A stretch of 59,329 nucleotides of DNA. Source: an uncultured Clostridium sp. (lineage in GTDB: Bacteria > Bacillota > Clostridia > Oscillospirales > Acutalibacteraceae). The notes below the pieces were generated by a model. The model searched no databases and was not told the origin of the DNA. It saw only the letters and a list, made by a program, of their open reading frames with translations. Positions 18,936-28,314 of this stretch are shown one piece after another (position 1 is the first letter of the stretch; every line of letters begins with the position of its first letter). Made by a program: the position numbers and the translations under genes. The DNA lies in NCBI GenBank assembly GCA_964547575.1, contig CAZJOH010000002.1, positions 1 through 59,329 of the forward strand, read 5' to 3'.

Positions 18936-19577
18936 ATGAACAAAGAAAACAATATGACAGAAATTGCCCTGAACATCAAAAACGATTACACATTCAAAAT
19001 GGTTGAAATGCTTTTTGAAAACATGGATCTCGGCACACAAAAAGCTATTGAAAGAGTTGCTGAACGCGGAATTAATGAATTCGGTCAAAGCGTGGCAGGT
19101 GCATTTATTTCCGATCTTTTTTCAGATTCTGCAAAAAGCGATACACCTCTCGACCTTTCATATGACACCATTAAAGAATTAACTGCATGCGCTGCATGTG
19201 TTTATAACCACAACATCAATGTGAACGGAATGGAACCCGCCCATGCAAAAAGACTTTTCTGCCGTATGATTGCCGCATATCTGATCTACCTTTGTGCAAA
19301 CGAACACGATTGCAAACTTGATGTCAGAAAACTCACCTCTGCACCATCGCCGAGTGAAGACGAAAAATACTGGGCGTCCTGTCTTGAAATCAAAATCGGA
19401 AACAAATCAAAGGTTAATTTCCTTGTTGCCGCAATTGAAGGTATGAAATGTACAGGCACAAAAAATATGCTTACCGGTCAGGAATGGTATTCAGTTGCAC
19501 CTCTTGTTGAAGCATACAAAAAGGCTACAGGTGCGGATCTGGCAGAAATGGGATTCTGTGATGTTGTTCTCAGATAA
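18936..19577 (+). CDS. Hypothetical protein, 213 aa
   Basis: RBS AAAGGAG before ATG 18936. Confidence 0.7.
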   Translation: MNKENNMTEIALNIKNDYTFKMVEMLFENMDLGTQKAIERVAERGINEFGQSVAGAFISDLFSDSAKSDTPLDLSYDTIKELTACAACVYNHNINVNGMEPAHAKRLFCRMIAAYLIYLCANEHDCKLDVRKLTSAPSPSEDEKYWASCLEIKIGNKSKVNFLVAAIEGMKCTGTKNMLTGQEWYSVAPLVEAYKKATGADLAEMGFCDVVLR

Positions 19578-19619
19578 TCGATATTTGCCTCGAATTAACT
19601 TAAGCAAGGAGAATTGTCT

Positions 19620-21098
19620 ATGTCTCTTCGACTTTCAAAATCAAAATACTGCAATGCCGTTCAATGCCCGAAAATGCTCTGGCTTCACAGAAACAAGCCC
19701 GAAGAATTTGACGATTCCGTTATGAATCAGGCTGTTCTTGAAACAGGTAATCAGGTTGGTGACCTTGCAATGGGTCTTTTCGGAGATTTCACCGAAGTTC
19801 CGTTCGGAGACTTAGGCGAAATGCTCGAAGAAACGCAAAGGCTAATTGACGCAGGCACACCCATAATAGCAGAGGCGTCATTTGCTCTTGATGGTCTTTT
19901 CTGCAGCGTTGATATTCTCAAAAACAAAGGCAACGGTCACGTTGAAATCTACGAAGTCAAAAGCTCAACTTCAGTGAGTGAAATCTATCTTCACGATACC
20001 GCTTATCAGCAGTATGTGCTCGGCGGTCTGGGCTACAAGGTTGACGGAGTTTATCTCGTACATATCAATCCCTGCTATGTCCGTCACGGTGAAATCGACC
20101 TTGATGAACTGTTTGTTATTGAGGACGTGAAGTGCCATACCGACTGTATGCAGACGGGCATCAGAGATTTTCTTCCCGAGCTTGAAAGAATTATGTCAAG
20201 CGATTATGAGCCTTACAGAGAGGTTGGTTGCCATTGCAACAAACCCTACACCTGCGGATATTTCGACTACTGCACGGGAAGACTTGAACACCCGAATATT
20301 TTCGATATCAGCAGATTGAAATTTGATACAAAAGTAAAGCTTTTCAATGAGGGCGATTATGAATTTGAAAGCCTTGTAAATCGCAAAGAAATCAAGGGGA
20401 ATCAGCGTTTACAGGTTGAATCGCATCTGAACAACACCGGTAAAATCGACGCGAAAGGAATCCGTGAAACCGTTGACTCGCTTTCGTTTCCGCTTTATTT
20501 CCTTGACTTTGAAACATTCCAGGAGGCGATTCCGCCGTTCGATTTCACATCACCCTATGAGCAGATACCGTTCCAGTATTCGCTCCATTGGCTTGACAGA
20601 CCTGACGGTGAGCTTCATCACACCGAATTTCTTGCCGAAGCAGGCACAGACCCACGCAGAGCACTTGCAGAAAAGCTCTGCAATGATATTCCTTATGATG
20701 TCTGCACAACGGCTTACAATATGGGATTTGAAAAGAGTGTAATCAAGAAACTTGCAGAGGTTTATCCCGACCTTGCCGACCATTTGATGAACATTCACGA
20801 TAACATCAAAGACCTTATGACCCCGTTTTCAAAGAAGCATTATTATCTCCCCGAAATGCAGGGTTCATATTCGATAAAATATGTCCTGCCTGCACTTTAC
20901 CCCAACGAACCTTCGCTTGATTATCATAATCTTGAAGGCATACAGAAAGGCGATCAGGCATCAAATGCGTTCAGAAACATGAAGTCGATGACACCCGAAG
21001 AAGTCGCTCAAACCCGCAAAAATCTTCTCGCTTACTGCAAACTCGATACCTATGCAATGGTAAAAGTCTGGCAGAAGCTTGTTGAAAACACAAATTAA
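19620..21098 (+). CDS. DUF2779-family nuclease (PD-(D/E)XK-like N-terminus plus RNase H/DnaQ-like C-terminus)
   Basis: LSKSKY...QCPKMLWL, VDIL...YEVKSST, FLDFET...IPFQYSLH, YNMGFE, YCKLDT. Confidence 0.85.
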   Translation: MSLRLSKSKYCNAVQCPKMLWLHRNKPEEFDDSVMNQAVLETGNQVGDLAMGLFGDFTEVPFGDLGEMLEETQRLIDAGTPIIAEASFALDGLFCSVDILKNKGNGHVEIYEVKSSTSVSEIYLHDTAYQQYVLGGLGYKVDGVYLVHINPCYVRHGEIDLDELFVIEDVKCHTDCMQTGIRDFLPELERIMSSDYEPYREVGCHCNKPYTCGYFDYCTGRLEHPNIFDISRLKFDTKVKLFNEGDYEFESLVNRKEIKGNQRLQVESHLNNTGKIDAKGIRETVDSLSFPLYFLDFETFQEAIPPFDFTSPYEQIPFQYSLHWLDRPDGELHHTEFLAEAGTDPRRALAEKLCNDIPYDVCTTAYNMGFEKSVIKKLAEVYPDLADHLMNIHDNIKDLMTPFSKKHYYLPEMQGSYSIKYVLPALYPNEPSLDYHNLEGIQKGDQASNAFRNMKSMTPEEVAQTRKNLLAYCKLDTYAMVKVWQKLVENTN

Positions 21099-21154
21099 AT
21101 TTTTGTAATCATCTTTGCAAAAAAATAATATTTAATAAACAGGAGGAAAATTCT

Positions 21155-21577
21155 ATGAGTTACGATGGCGGTCTTGTTGTTAAGATTGCAAACAAACAGC
21201 TTCTTGATATTCTTAAGAAGCATGATGAAAAAGGTACATTTGAAGGTGCCGAAGCGATAATCGATATGTTCGGCACAAAATATAAAGGCAAAACTCTTGC
21301 AGTTGACTATGAATATTATGACTGCGCTTATGTTGACGGTTGTCCGAAAAATCTTTCGTCTGTTTTCAATTATGTGACAGAATTACTTGATTTTTACGGT
21401 GATGATGCGGATAACAGAACAGCCTTCAAAGAGTTTTTAAACGAACTCAAAGCAAGCAAAAGTCTTATTGATTCGGGCTACACCTTTGTTGAGTGGATTT
21501 ATTACGGGGAAGACGGCAACGAAAGATTCATTTACGATAAAGGCGTTGAAAAATACGACCCCGATTACGAAGATTAG
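21155..21577 (+). CDS. Hypothetical protein
   Basis: 140-aa ORF with RBS AGGAGG. Confidence 0.7.
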   Translation: MSYDGGLVVKIANKQLLDILKKHDEKGTFEGAEAIIDMFGTKYKGKTLAVDYEYYDCAYVDGCPKNLSSVFNYVTELLDFYGDDADNRTAFKEFLNELKASKSLIDSGYTFVEWIYYGEDGNERFIYDKGVEKYDPDYED

Positions 21578-21644
21578 TTTATACGAAGATGATTACATAT
21601 AGGTAAGGTTAAATAATTTCACCTGTAAACGTTTTATACATTCC

Positions 21645-21687
21645 AAAAGCCGAAAAATTGCTGTAAAAGGCGGTTTTTCGGCTTTTT
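21645..21687 (+). terminator. Intrinsic terminator
   Basis: AAAAGCCGAAAAA...TTTTTCGGCTTTT. Confidence 0.75.
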
Positions 21688-21707
21688 ATGTCTTTTATGT
21701 ATTATAA

Positions 21708-21740
21708 GAGAGTTTTATAGGACACTTAATCCGATATAAT
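21708..21740 (+). promoter_or_regulatory. Putative WYL-box promoter (half-site variant)
   Basis: gaga-gttttata-GGAC-N11-TATAAT. Confidence 0.6.
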
Positions 21741-21771
21741 TTATCCAAAGAGAATAAAAAGGAGAATTTTT

Positions 21772-22365
21772 ATGGCTAACAAAGGCAGAAGTCAGAAGGA
21801 TTTTTTCGGCAACGGATACACTCATTATGACAGTAACGGTAAGAAAATCGGACGCAGTGAGAAAAACATCTTTGGCAGCGGATATACAAATTACGATGCA
21901 CACGGTAATCGAATCGGTCGCACCGAACGCAATATCTTTGGAACTGGTTACACAACCTACGACAACAAGGGCAACAAAGTCGGCAGAAGTGATCCGCAAA
22001 TATTCGGTGTCGGTTATACCAACTATGATAAAAACGGCAGAAAGGTCAGCAGCAGCGACCCGCAGCTTTTAGGTACGGGATATAACCATAACAGCGGCGG
22101 ATGTTATGTCGCAACCTGTGTTTACGGTTCGTACGACTGCCCCGAAGTCTGGACTCTCCGCAGATTTCGTGACAACACTCTTGCAAAATCCGTTTTCGGC
22201 AGAGCGTTTATCAGAACATATTATGCCGTCAGCCCCACAATCGTTAAAATCTTCGGCAATACAAAATGGTTTAAAGCTATGTGGAAAAGACCGCTTGATA
22301 AGTTGGTCTCGGAGCTGCTTGACAGGGGTGTTGGAAATACACCGTATGATGATATGGTATGGTGA
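21772..22365 (+). CDS. 22-aa repeat protein with CFI-box-CTERM-like C-terminal domain
   Basis: About 4.5 repeats of GRSxxxIFGxGYTxYDxxGxK, then GCYVATCVYGSYDCPEVWTLRRFRD. Confidence 0.8.
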   Translation: MANKGRSQKDFFGNGYTHYDSNGKKIGRSEKNIFGSGYTNYDAHGNRIGRTERNIFGTGYTTYDNKGNKVGRSDPQIFGVGYTNYDKNGRKVSSSDPQLLGTGYNHNSGGCYVATCVYGSYDCPEVWTLRRFRDNTLAKSVFGRAFIRTYYAVSPTIVKIFGNTKWFKAMWKRPLDKLVSELLDRGVGNTPYDDMVW

Positions 22366-22469
22366 AGGTTATTGATAAATATTTGTTGAGATTTTATTTC
22401 CTATATGATATACTTATATTTAAAATATTATATTTAATATCTGCAGTAGTTTTTGCAACGGAGGAAATA

Positions 22470-23207
22470 ATGAACAATCAAGTTAAATCCAAACAGCGTG
22501 TTGCTGACCATGGCGAGGTTTTTACAGCTGATCGTGAGGTTCAGGCTATGTGTGACCTTGTCAGGCAGGAAACAGAGCGTATTGACAGCCGTTTTCTTGA
22601 ACCCGCTTGTGGTGACGGCAATTTTCTTTCAGAAATACTCAGGCGAAAATTAGCTGTTGTAACAAGAAAATATAAACGCAGTTCATATGATTGGGAGCGT
22701 TATTCGTTGCTTGCTCTTGGCAGCATATACGGCGTTGACATTCAGTTTGATAACGTCTGTGATTGCCAGAAGCGTCTTTATGACATATGGGAAACAGAGT
22801 ATAAAAAAGTCTGCAAAAAAGAGTGCAATGAGGAAACAAAAACTTCAGCACAATTTATTTTGAGACTTAATATTGTTTGCGGAAACGCACTCACGCTGAT
22901 GTGTGTTGATGCTGAAGGAAACGAGCTTGATACCCCGATTGTTTTCTCCGAATGGACGTTTCCTTTTAATGACGCAAGAATGCAACGCAAGGATTACACT
23001 ATGGATGAATTGCTTAACGCATCGGAACAAACAGAAGAAATTGAAAGAACGGGGCAGTTTACTCTGTTTGCCAATGAAGACGGTGAAGTTGAACCGACAC
23101 TGTTAAAGCAATACATTGCGCACTACCGTTCAATAATTGATGATGAGCGATTTGCAAAAGCCTATATGCATTTATCTCTTAATGAGGAGGATGTAACAAA
23201 TGAGTAA
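22470..23207 (+). CDS. Short adenine methyltransferase-like subunit of an RM cluster
   Basis: RVADHGEVFT, FLEPACGDGNFL, IYGVDI; no NPPY motif; RBS GGAGG before ATG 22470. Confidence 0.85.
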   Translation: MNNQVKSKQRVADHGEVFTADREVQAMCDLVRQETERIDSRFLEPACGDGNFLSEILRRKLAVVTRKYKRSSYDWERYSLLALGSIYGVDIQFDNVCDCQKRLYDIWETEYKKVCKKECNEETKTSAQFILRLNIVCGNALTLMCVDAEGNELDTPIVFSEWTFPFNDARMQRKDYTMDELLNASEQTEEIERTGQFTLFANEDGEVEPTLLKQYIAHYRSIIDDERFAKAYMHLSLNEEDVTNE

Positions 23208-24762
23208 CGGTATTTTTGATAATGTTTATAATCCCGATGTGCTTTCATGTTTAGCGAATCTTTCCAACGATGAGGTTTTCACGCCTCCTGAAATTGTAAA
23301 TCAGATGCTTGATATGCTTCCCCAAGAGCTTTTCAGTAACCCTGATACAACGTTCCTTGATCCTGCGTGTAAAACCGGTGTTTTCCTTCGTGAAATCGCA
23401 AAGCGACTGATTGTTGGTCTTGAGCCACAAATTCCCGATTTACAAGAAAGAATAGACCATATATTTCATAAACAGCTTTATGGTATTGCTATAACACAGC
23501 TTACAGGCTTGCTTTCTCGCAGAGGCGTTTATTGCTCAAAAGATCCCAGTTTACATTTTTCTGTTACACATTTTGATGATGTACAAGGTAATATTAGATT
23601 CAAAAAAATCAAACATACTTGGAGCAACGGAAATTGCATTTTTTGTGGTGCAAATCAAAAAGAATATGATAGATCCGATGAGTTAGAAAGCCACGCATAT
23701 GAACTTATTCACAATGCTAAGCCGGAGGAGATATTTAATATGAAATTCGATGTAATTATCAGTAATCCACCATATCAATTAAGCGACGGTGGTCATGGTG
23801 CAAGTGCGATGCCCATATATCAGAAGTTCATTAGACAAGCCAAAAAATTGGCACCACGTTATTTAACAATGATTGTTCCTTCCCGTTGGTTCACAGGCGG
23901 TCGTGGTTTAGACGATTTCAGAGATGAAATGTTACACGATAAACGAATCAGAAATATTCACGATTTCCCCGACGCTTCAATGTGTTTCCCCGGTGTTGAA
24001 ATCAAAGGCGGCGTTAGCTATTTCCTTTGGGATAGAGATAATGAGGGGAAATGTAAAGTAACTACACATTACCCTGACAATATGATAGTAGAATCAGAAC
24101 GAGATCTTCTTGAACATGGAATGAACATATTTATCCGTGATAGTAGACAAATTGATATATTGCATAAGGTTCAAGAAAAAAATGAGCAGCTCTTTACTGA
24201 TATAATGAGTGCAAATGACCCCTTTGGTTACGATGTTCGAGTTGAAAATAGTTATGTTAGAGTTCGACCTACATTCTCATTGGAGCCTTTTGCTGGTTCG
24301 TGCGAATTTTATTATTTTGGATGGCGCGACAAAGGTGTGGGTTATACTAAAAGAGATACTGTTCGTAAAGGTGAAGAATTTATTGATAAGTATAAAGTCT
24401 TCGTTCCAAGAGCGTGGGGTGTCGGTAATGTTCAGAAAGACAAGGTTAATCCTTTTATCGGAAAACCGAATTCCGTATGTACCGAAACCTACACAGCAAT
24501 AGGTCCTTTTGATGAAGAGAAAATTGCAAATAATGTTATGAGTTATGTAAATACGAAGTTTTTCCATTTCCTTGTTTCTATCGTTAAAATTACACAAGCG
24601 GCAGCAAAACACGTTTATAAACTTGTCCCTATGCAGGATTTTTCCAAGAGCTGGACAGACAAAGAATTGTACAAGAAATATGGTTTTACTACTGATGAAA
24701 TAAACTTTATTGAATTATCTGTATGGGCAGATAAGGATGTGGGAGGTGACAACGATGGCTAA
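23200..24762 (+). CDS. Eco57I-like adenine DNA methyltransferase with target-recognition domain
   Basis: DEVFTPP, FLDPACKTG, ISNPPY, IVPSRW; AT-rich C-terminal half. Confidence 0.9.
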   Translation: MSNGIFDNVYNPDVLSCLANLSNDEVFTPPEIVNQMLDMLPQELFSNPDTTFLDPACKTGVFLREIAKRLIVGLEPQIPDLQERIDHIFHKQLYGIAITQLTGLLSRRGVYCSKDPSLHFSVTHFDDVQGNIRFKKIKHTWSNGNCIFCGANQKEYDRSDELESHAYELIHNAKPEEIFNMKFDVIISNPPYQLSDGGHGASAMPIYQKFIRQAKKLAPRYLTMIVPSRWFTGGRGLDDFRDEMLHDKRIRNIHDFPDASMCFPGVEIKGGVSYFLWDRDNEGKCKVTTHYPDNMIVESERDLLEHGMNIFIRDSRQIDILHKVQEKNEQLFTDIMSANDPFGYDVRVENSYVRVRPTFSLEPFAGSCEFYYFGWRDKGVGYTKRDTVRKGEEFIDKYKVFVPRAWGVGNVQKDKVNPFIGKPNSVCTETYTAIGPFDEEKIANNVMSYVNTKFFHFLVSIVKITQAAAKHVYKLVPMQDFSKSWTDKELYKKYGFTTDEINFIELSVWADKDVGGDNDG

Positions 24763-27688
24763 TCAAGAGTTTTTTGCTCAACGACCCGATGTCACTCCAA
24801 CTATTTATGTTTATAGTCTTCCTCAAGTACCTTCACACAAAGGATATGTGAAAGTTGGGTATACCGACCGCAATGTTCAAATACGTATAAATGAACAGTT
24901 ACATACAAGTGGACTTAAGGCTAATATTCTTTTTACTGATTCTGCAATGTGTCCTGATGGTTCGGTTTTTACTGATAATGATATTCATCGTATTCTTCGT
25001 CGAAAAGGCTTCAAACAGATGAACGCGGGAGAAGATCGAAACGAATGGTATAACTGTACCGTTAATGATGTTAAATCCGCTATTCTTGAACTAAAAGAAG
25101 GTATAATCACCGAAGCATCAAGAACAGCAAATTTCAAAATGCGTCCTGAACAGTATAAAGCAGTTCAGCGTACAATTGAATATTTTGAGTTTTCTGCCAA
25201 AGACGACCCTGGAAGACCGCCCAAATTCCTCTGGAATGCAAAAATGCGTTTTGGCAAGACATTTGCATCCTATCAGCTTGCAAAGAAGATGGGCTTTTCA
25301 CGCGTTCTTGTTTTAACCTTCAAGCCTGCTGTTGAATCCGCATGGCGTGAAGACCTTATGACTCACGTTGATTTTGATGGATGGCAGTTTATTTCCAATA
25401 AAGATGCCGCAGGTAATCATGTTAATATTGACCGTGAATATGATTATGCCGACAAATCAAAGCCGATTGTTGTTTTCGGTTCATTCCAGGATCTTCTCGG
25501 AACAAACGAAACAGGCGGTATCAAAGCTAAAAATGAGTTTATCCACTCCATCAATTGGGATCTCGTTATTTTCGACGAGTACCATTTCGGCGCTTGGCGT
25601 GAAAACGCAAAGAAACTCTTCAACAACCCCGACGAAGAAGATGCAGCAGATTTCGATGCTGAAAAATATCAGTTGGAAGAAGCGGGTAACGCATATAACG
25701 AAACTTTCCTTCCGATTACAACGGGACATTATCTTTTCCTTTCGGGAACGCCGTTCCGTGCAATAAACAGCGGTGAATTCATCGAAGACCAGATATATAA
25801 CTGGACTTATTCCGATGAACAGCGTGCAAAAGAAAATTGGGTAGGCTCAGATAATCCTTATCTGTCCTTGCCCCGTATGGTTATGCTCACTTATCGCATA
25901 CCCGACAGCATTCGCCAGATTGCAATGCAGGGCGAATATAATGAATTTGACCTCAATGTATTTTTCTCCGCCAAAGGTAAGGGCGAAGATGCTCATTTCG
26001 TTTATGAAAACGAAGTTCAGAAATGGCTTGACCTTATTCGTGGTGCATATCTGCCTTCAAATCTTGATGATATGAAACTGGGACAGGACAAGCGTCCTCC
26101 TATGCCTTATTCGGATACCCGTTTGCTCAATGTTTTGTCTCATACGTTATGGTTCCTTCCTAATGTTGCATCGTGTCAGGCTATGTATAACCTTATGATG
26201 CAAAGACAGAATGCTTGGTTTAATGAGCGATATACAATCAACGTTTGTGCAGGCACAAAAGCAGGTATCGGTCTTGATGCACTTGCTCCAGTTCAGCGTT
26301 CAATGGGTGACCCTCTTCAGACACAGACTATTACACTCTCTTGCGGTAAACTTACAACAGGTGTTACTGTTAAACCATGGACAGGCGTGTTTATGCTGCG
26401 TAACCTCAAAAGCCCTGAAACATATTTCCAGACAGCTTTTCGTGTTCAGTCACCTTGGGAAATTGCAGATGAAGCAGGCAACCGTCAGATTATGAAGCAG
26501 GAGTGCTATGTTTTTGACTTTGCTCTTGACCGTGCTCTCCGTCAGATATCCGACTATAGCTGTCGCCTTGATGTAAATGAAGCTAACCCAGAAAAGAAGG
26601 TAGCGGAATTCATTAATTTCCTTCCCGTTCTCGCTTATGACGGCAGCACCATGAGACAGATTTCTGCACAGGATGTTCTGGACATTGCAATGGCAGGCAC
26701 ATCCGCAACCCTTCTTGCAAAGCGTTGGGAATCTGCATTGCTTGTTAATGTTGATAATGAAACTCTTGCTCGTCTTATGGCTAACGAAGAAGCAATGAAG
26801 GCTCTTATGAACATCGAAGGCTTCCGCTCTCTTAATCAAGATATTCAGACTATTATCAACAAATCTGAAGCTGTTAAGAAAGCCAAAAGCGAAGGCGGAG
26901 AAAAGACTCCCAAAGAGAAAAAAGAAATCTCTGACGAAGAAAAAGAATATAAATCCATGCGTAAGAAAATACAGGAGAAACTTATCAAATTCGCAACCCG
27001 TGTGCCTGTATTTATGTATCTTACCGACCATCGTGAACGCTCGCTCAAAGAAGTAATCACACAATTTGAACCCGGTCTTTTCAAAAGAGTCACAGGTCTT
27101 GAAGTAAAAGACTTTGAGCTTCTTTGCTCTCTTGGTGTTTTCAACGCAAATCTTATGAACGATGCTATATTCAAATTCAAGCGTTACGAAGATTCAAGCC
27201 TCACATATACAGGAATTGACAAACACGCAGGTATGGATATCGGTGGCTGGGATACCGTTATTAAGCGTGAAGAATATGAGCAGATGTTCTATAAACAGCA
27301 AGCAACAATGGAAACGCCCACATTCTTTGAGATTCCGACGGTTGATGATATTCCTGTCAAGAAACCTGCGATAAACAACTTTGCTAAAGTTTCAAAGCCC
27401 GCTTCAACACCTATAACACACAAAACAAAACCTGCAACTCAGTCGGTTACTACACAGTATGGAGTTAAATCAGCTCAACCCGTCGCAAAAGAAACACCCG
27501 AAGAAGATCCTTATGTTGCACCTGATGTTAATGTTGGTATGCTTGTTAACCACAAGAGCTTTGGTGACGGAACAATCACTTGGATTGAAAGCAACAACAA
27601 ATATATCCGTGTAACATTCAGCGCAGGTGAAAAGATGTTCCCGTTCCCGTATGTATTCAAAATGGGCTTTCTTAAAATAATCGGATAG
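24755..27688 (+). CDS. Restriction subunit: GIY-YIG/T5orf172-like nuclease plus SF2 helicase plus C-terminal Tudor-like domain
   Basis: IYVY...VKVGYT...NEWY; NAKMRFGKT; FDEYH; LSGTP; QTAFRVQ. Confidence 0.88.
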   Translation: MANQEFFAQRPDVTPTIYVYSLPQVPSHKGYVKVGYTDRNVQIRINEQLHTSGLKANILFTDSAMCPDGSVFTDNDIHRILRRKGFKQMNAGEDRNEWYNCTVNDVKSAILELKEGIITEASRTANFKMRPEQYKAVQRTIEYFEFSAKDDPGRPPKFLWNAKMRFGKTFASYQLAKKMGFSRVLVLTFKPAVESAWREDLMTHVDFDGWQFISNKDAAGNHVNIDREYDYADKSKPIVVFGSFQDLLGTNETGGIKAKNEFIHSINWDLVIFDEYHFGAWRENAKKLFNNPDEEDAADFDAEKYQLEEAGNAYNETFLPITTGHYLFLSGTPFRAINSGEFIEDQIYNWTYSDEQRAKENWVGSDNPYLSLPRMVMLTYRIPDSIRQIAMQGEYNEFDLNVFFSAKGKGEDAHFVYENEVQKWLDLIRGAYLPSNLDDMKLGQDKRPPMPYSDTRLLNVLSHTLWFLPNVASCQAMYNLMMQRQNAWFNERYTINVCAGTKAGIGLDALAPVQRSMGDPLQTQTITLSCGKLTTGVTVKPWTGVFMLRNLKSPETYFQTAFRVQSPWEIADEAGNRQIMKQECYVFDFALDRALRQISDYSCRLDVNEANPEKKVAEFINFLPVLAYDGSTMRQISAQDVLDIAMAGTSATLLAKRWESALLVNVDNETLARLMANEEAMKALMNIEGFRSLNQDIQTIINKSEAVKKAKSEGGEKTPKEKKEISDEEKEYKSMRKKIQEKLIKFATRVPVFMYLTDHRERSLKEVITQFEPGLFKRVTGLEVKDFELLCSLGVFNANLMNDAIFKFKRYEDSSLTYTGIDKHAGMDIGGWDTVIKREEYEQMFYKQQATMETPTFFEIPTVDDIPVKKPAINNFAKVSKPASTPITHKTKPATQSVTTQYGVKSAQPVAKETPEEDPYVAPDVNVGMLVNHKSFGDGTITWIESNNKYIRVTFSAGEKMFPFPYVFKMGFLKIIG

Positions 27689-27767
27689 CAATCTGCCAAA
27701 AATTAAAGCTGATGCAAACTGCATCGGCTTTTGGTGCTTATTCCGGATTTTGAAAAGGGGTAATGGA

Positions 27768-28223
27768 ATGGATGTAAAAGAAAACATTTCAGAAAATATG
27801 CAGAAACATTTTAATTATAAAGAGCAGTTCAAAAGGCTTAAGAAAGCTATTGATAACAAGTTTTATCTTGAGGCAATTTTTATAGAATATGCAATCATTG
27901 AAGATAGAGCTGAATCAATTCTTCGCTATGAAAACAACGAAATTAAAAGTGATAGTTTTGTTTCCATAGATAGAAAATTGAAAAGGATAAGTAAGCTGTC
28001 TGAAAACAAAAAATCTTTACCGCACAGATATTTTTCGGATGGAATTATCAATGAAATTCTTAAATGGAAAGAAAATCGTAATAAAATGATTCATGCATTG
28101 ATGAAGCAGCATCTTACAACACAGGTGCTTGAAGAAATTGCTATGACAGGTGAAATCCTTACAAAAGAGATATGTAAACGTTCAACCAATTATAAACGAG
28201 CAGTTGAAAGACAAAAGAAGTAA
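27768..28223 (+). CDS. Stand-alone HEPN-like protein
   Basis: All-helical 151 aa; EAIFIEYAIIEDR and RNKMIH (RxxxxH). Confidence 0.6.
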   Translation: MDVKENISENMQKHFNYKEQFKRLKKAIDNKFYLEAIFIEYAIIEDRAESILRYENNEIKSDSFVSIDRKLKRISKLSENKKSLPHRYFSDGIINEILKWKENRNKMIHALMKQHLTTQVLEEIAMTGEILTKEICKRSTNYKRAVERQKK

Positions 28224-28229
28224 TCAAAA

Positions 28230-28262
28230 GAGAGTTTTATTGGACACTGAAACTGCTAAAAT
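28230..28262 (+). promoter_or_regulatory. Putative WYL-box promoter (half-site variant)
   Basis: gaga-gttttatt-GGAC-N11-TAAAAT with upstream TG. Confidence 0.6.
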
Positions 28263-28314
28263 ATACTTAAACATAATATATCAATAAATAATTAAATCAT
28301 TCGGGTGATGGGGA

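Noticed and set aside
19620..21098. Cas4 call for the Cys-containing PD-(D/E)XK protein
   Set aside because: The long C-terminal RNase H-like domain fits DUF2779, and there is no CRISPR context.
21780..22085. 66-bp periodic repeats as a CRISPR array
   Set aside because: Repeats are in-frame, degenerate at codon third positions and lack unique spacers; no cas genes seen.
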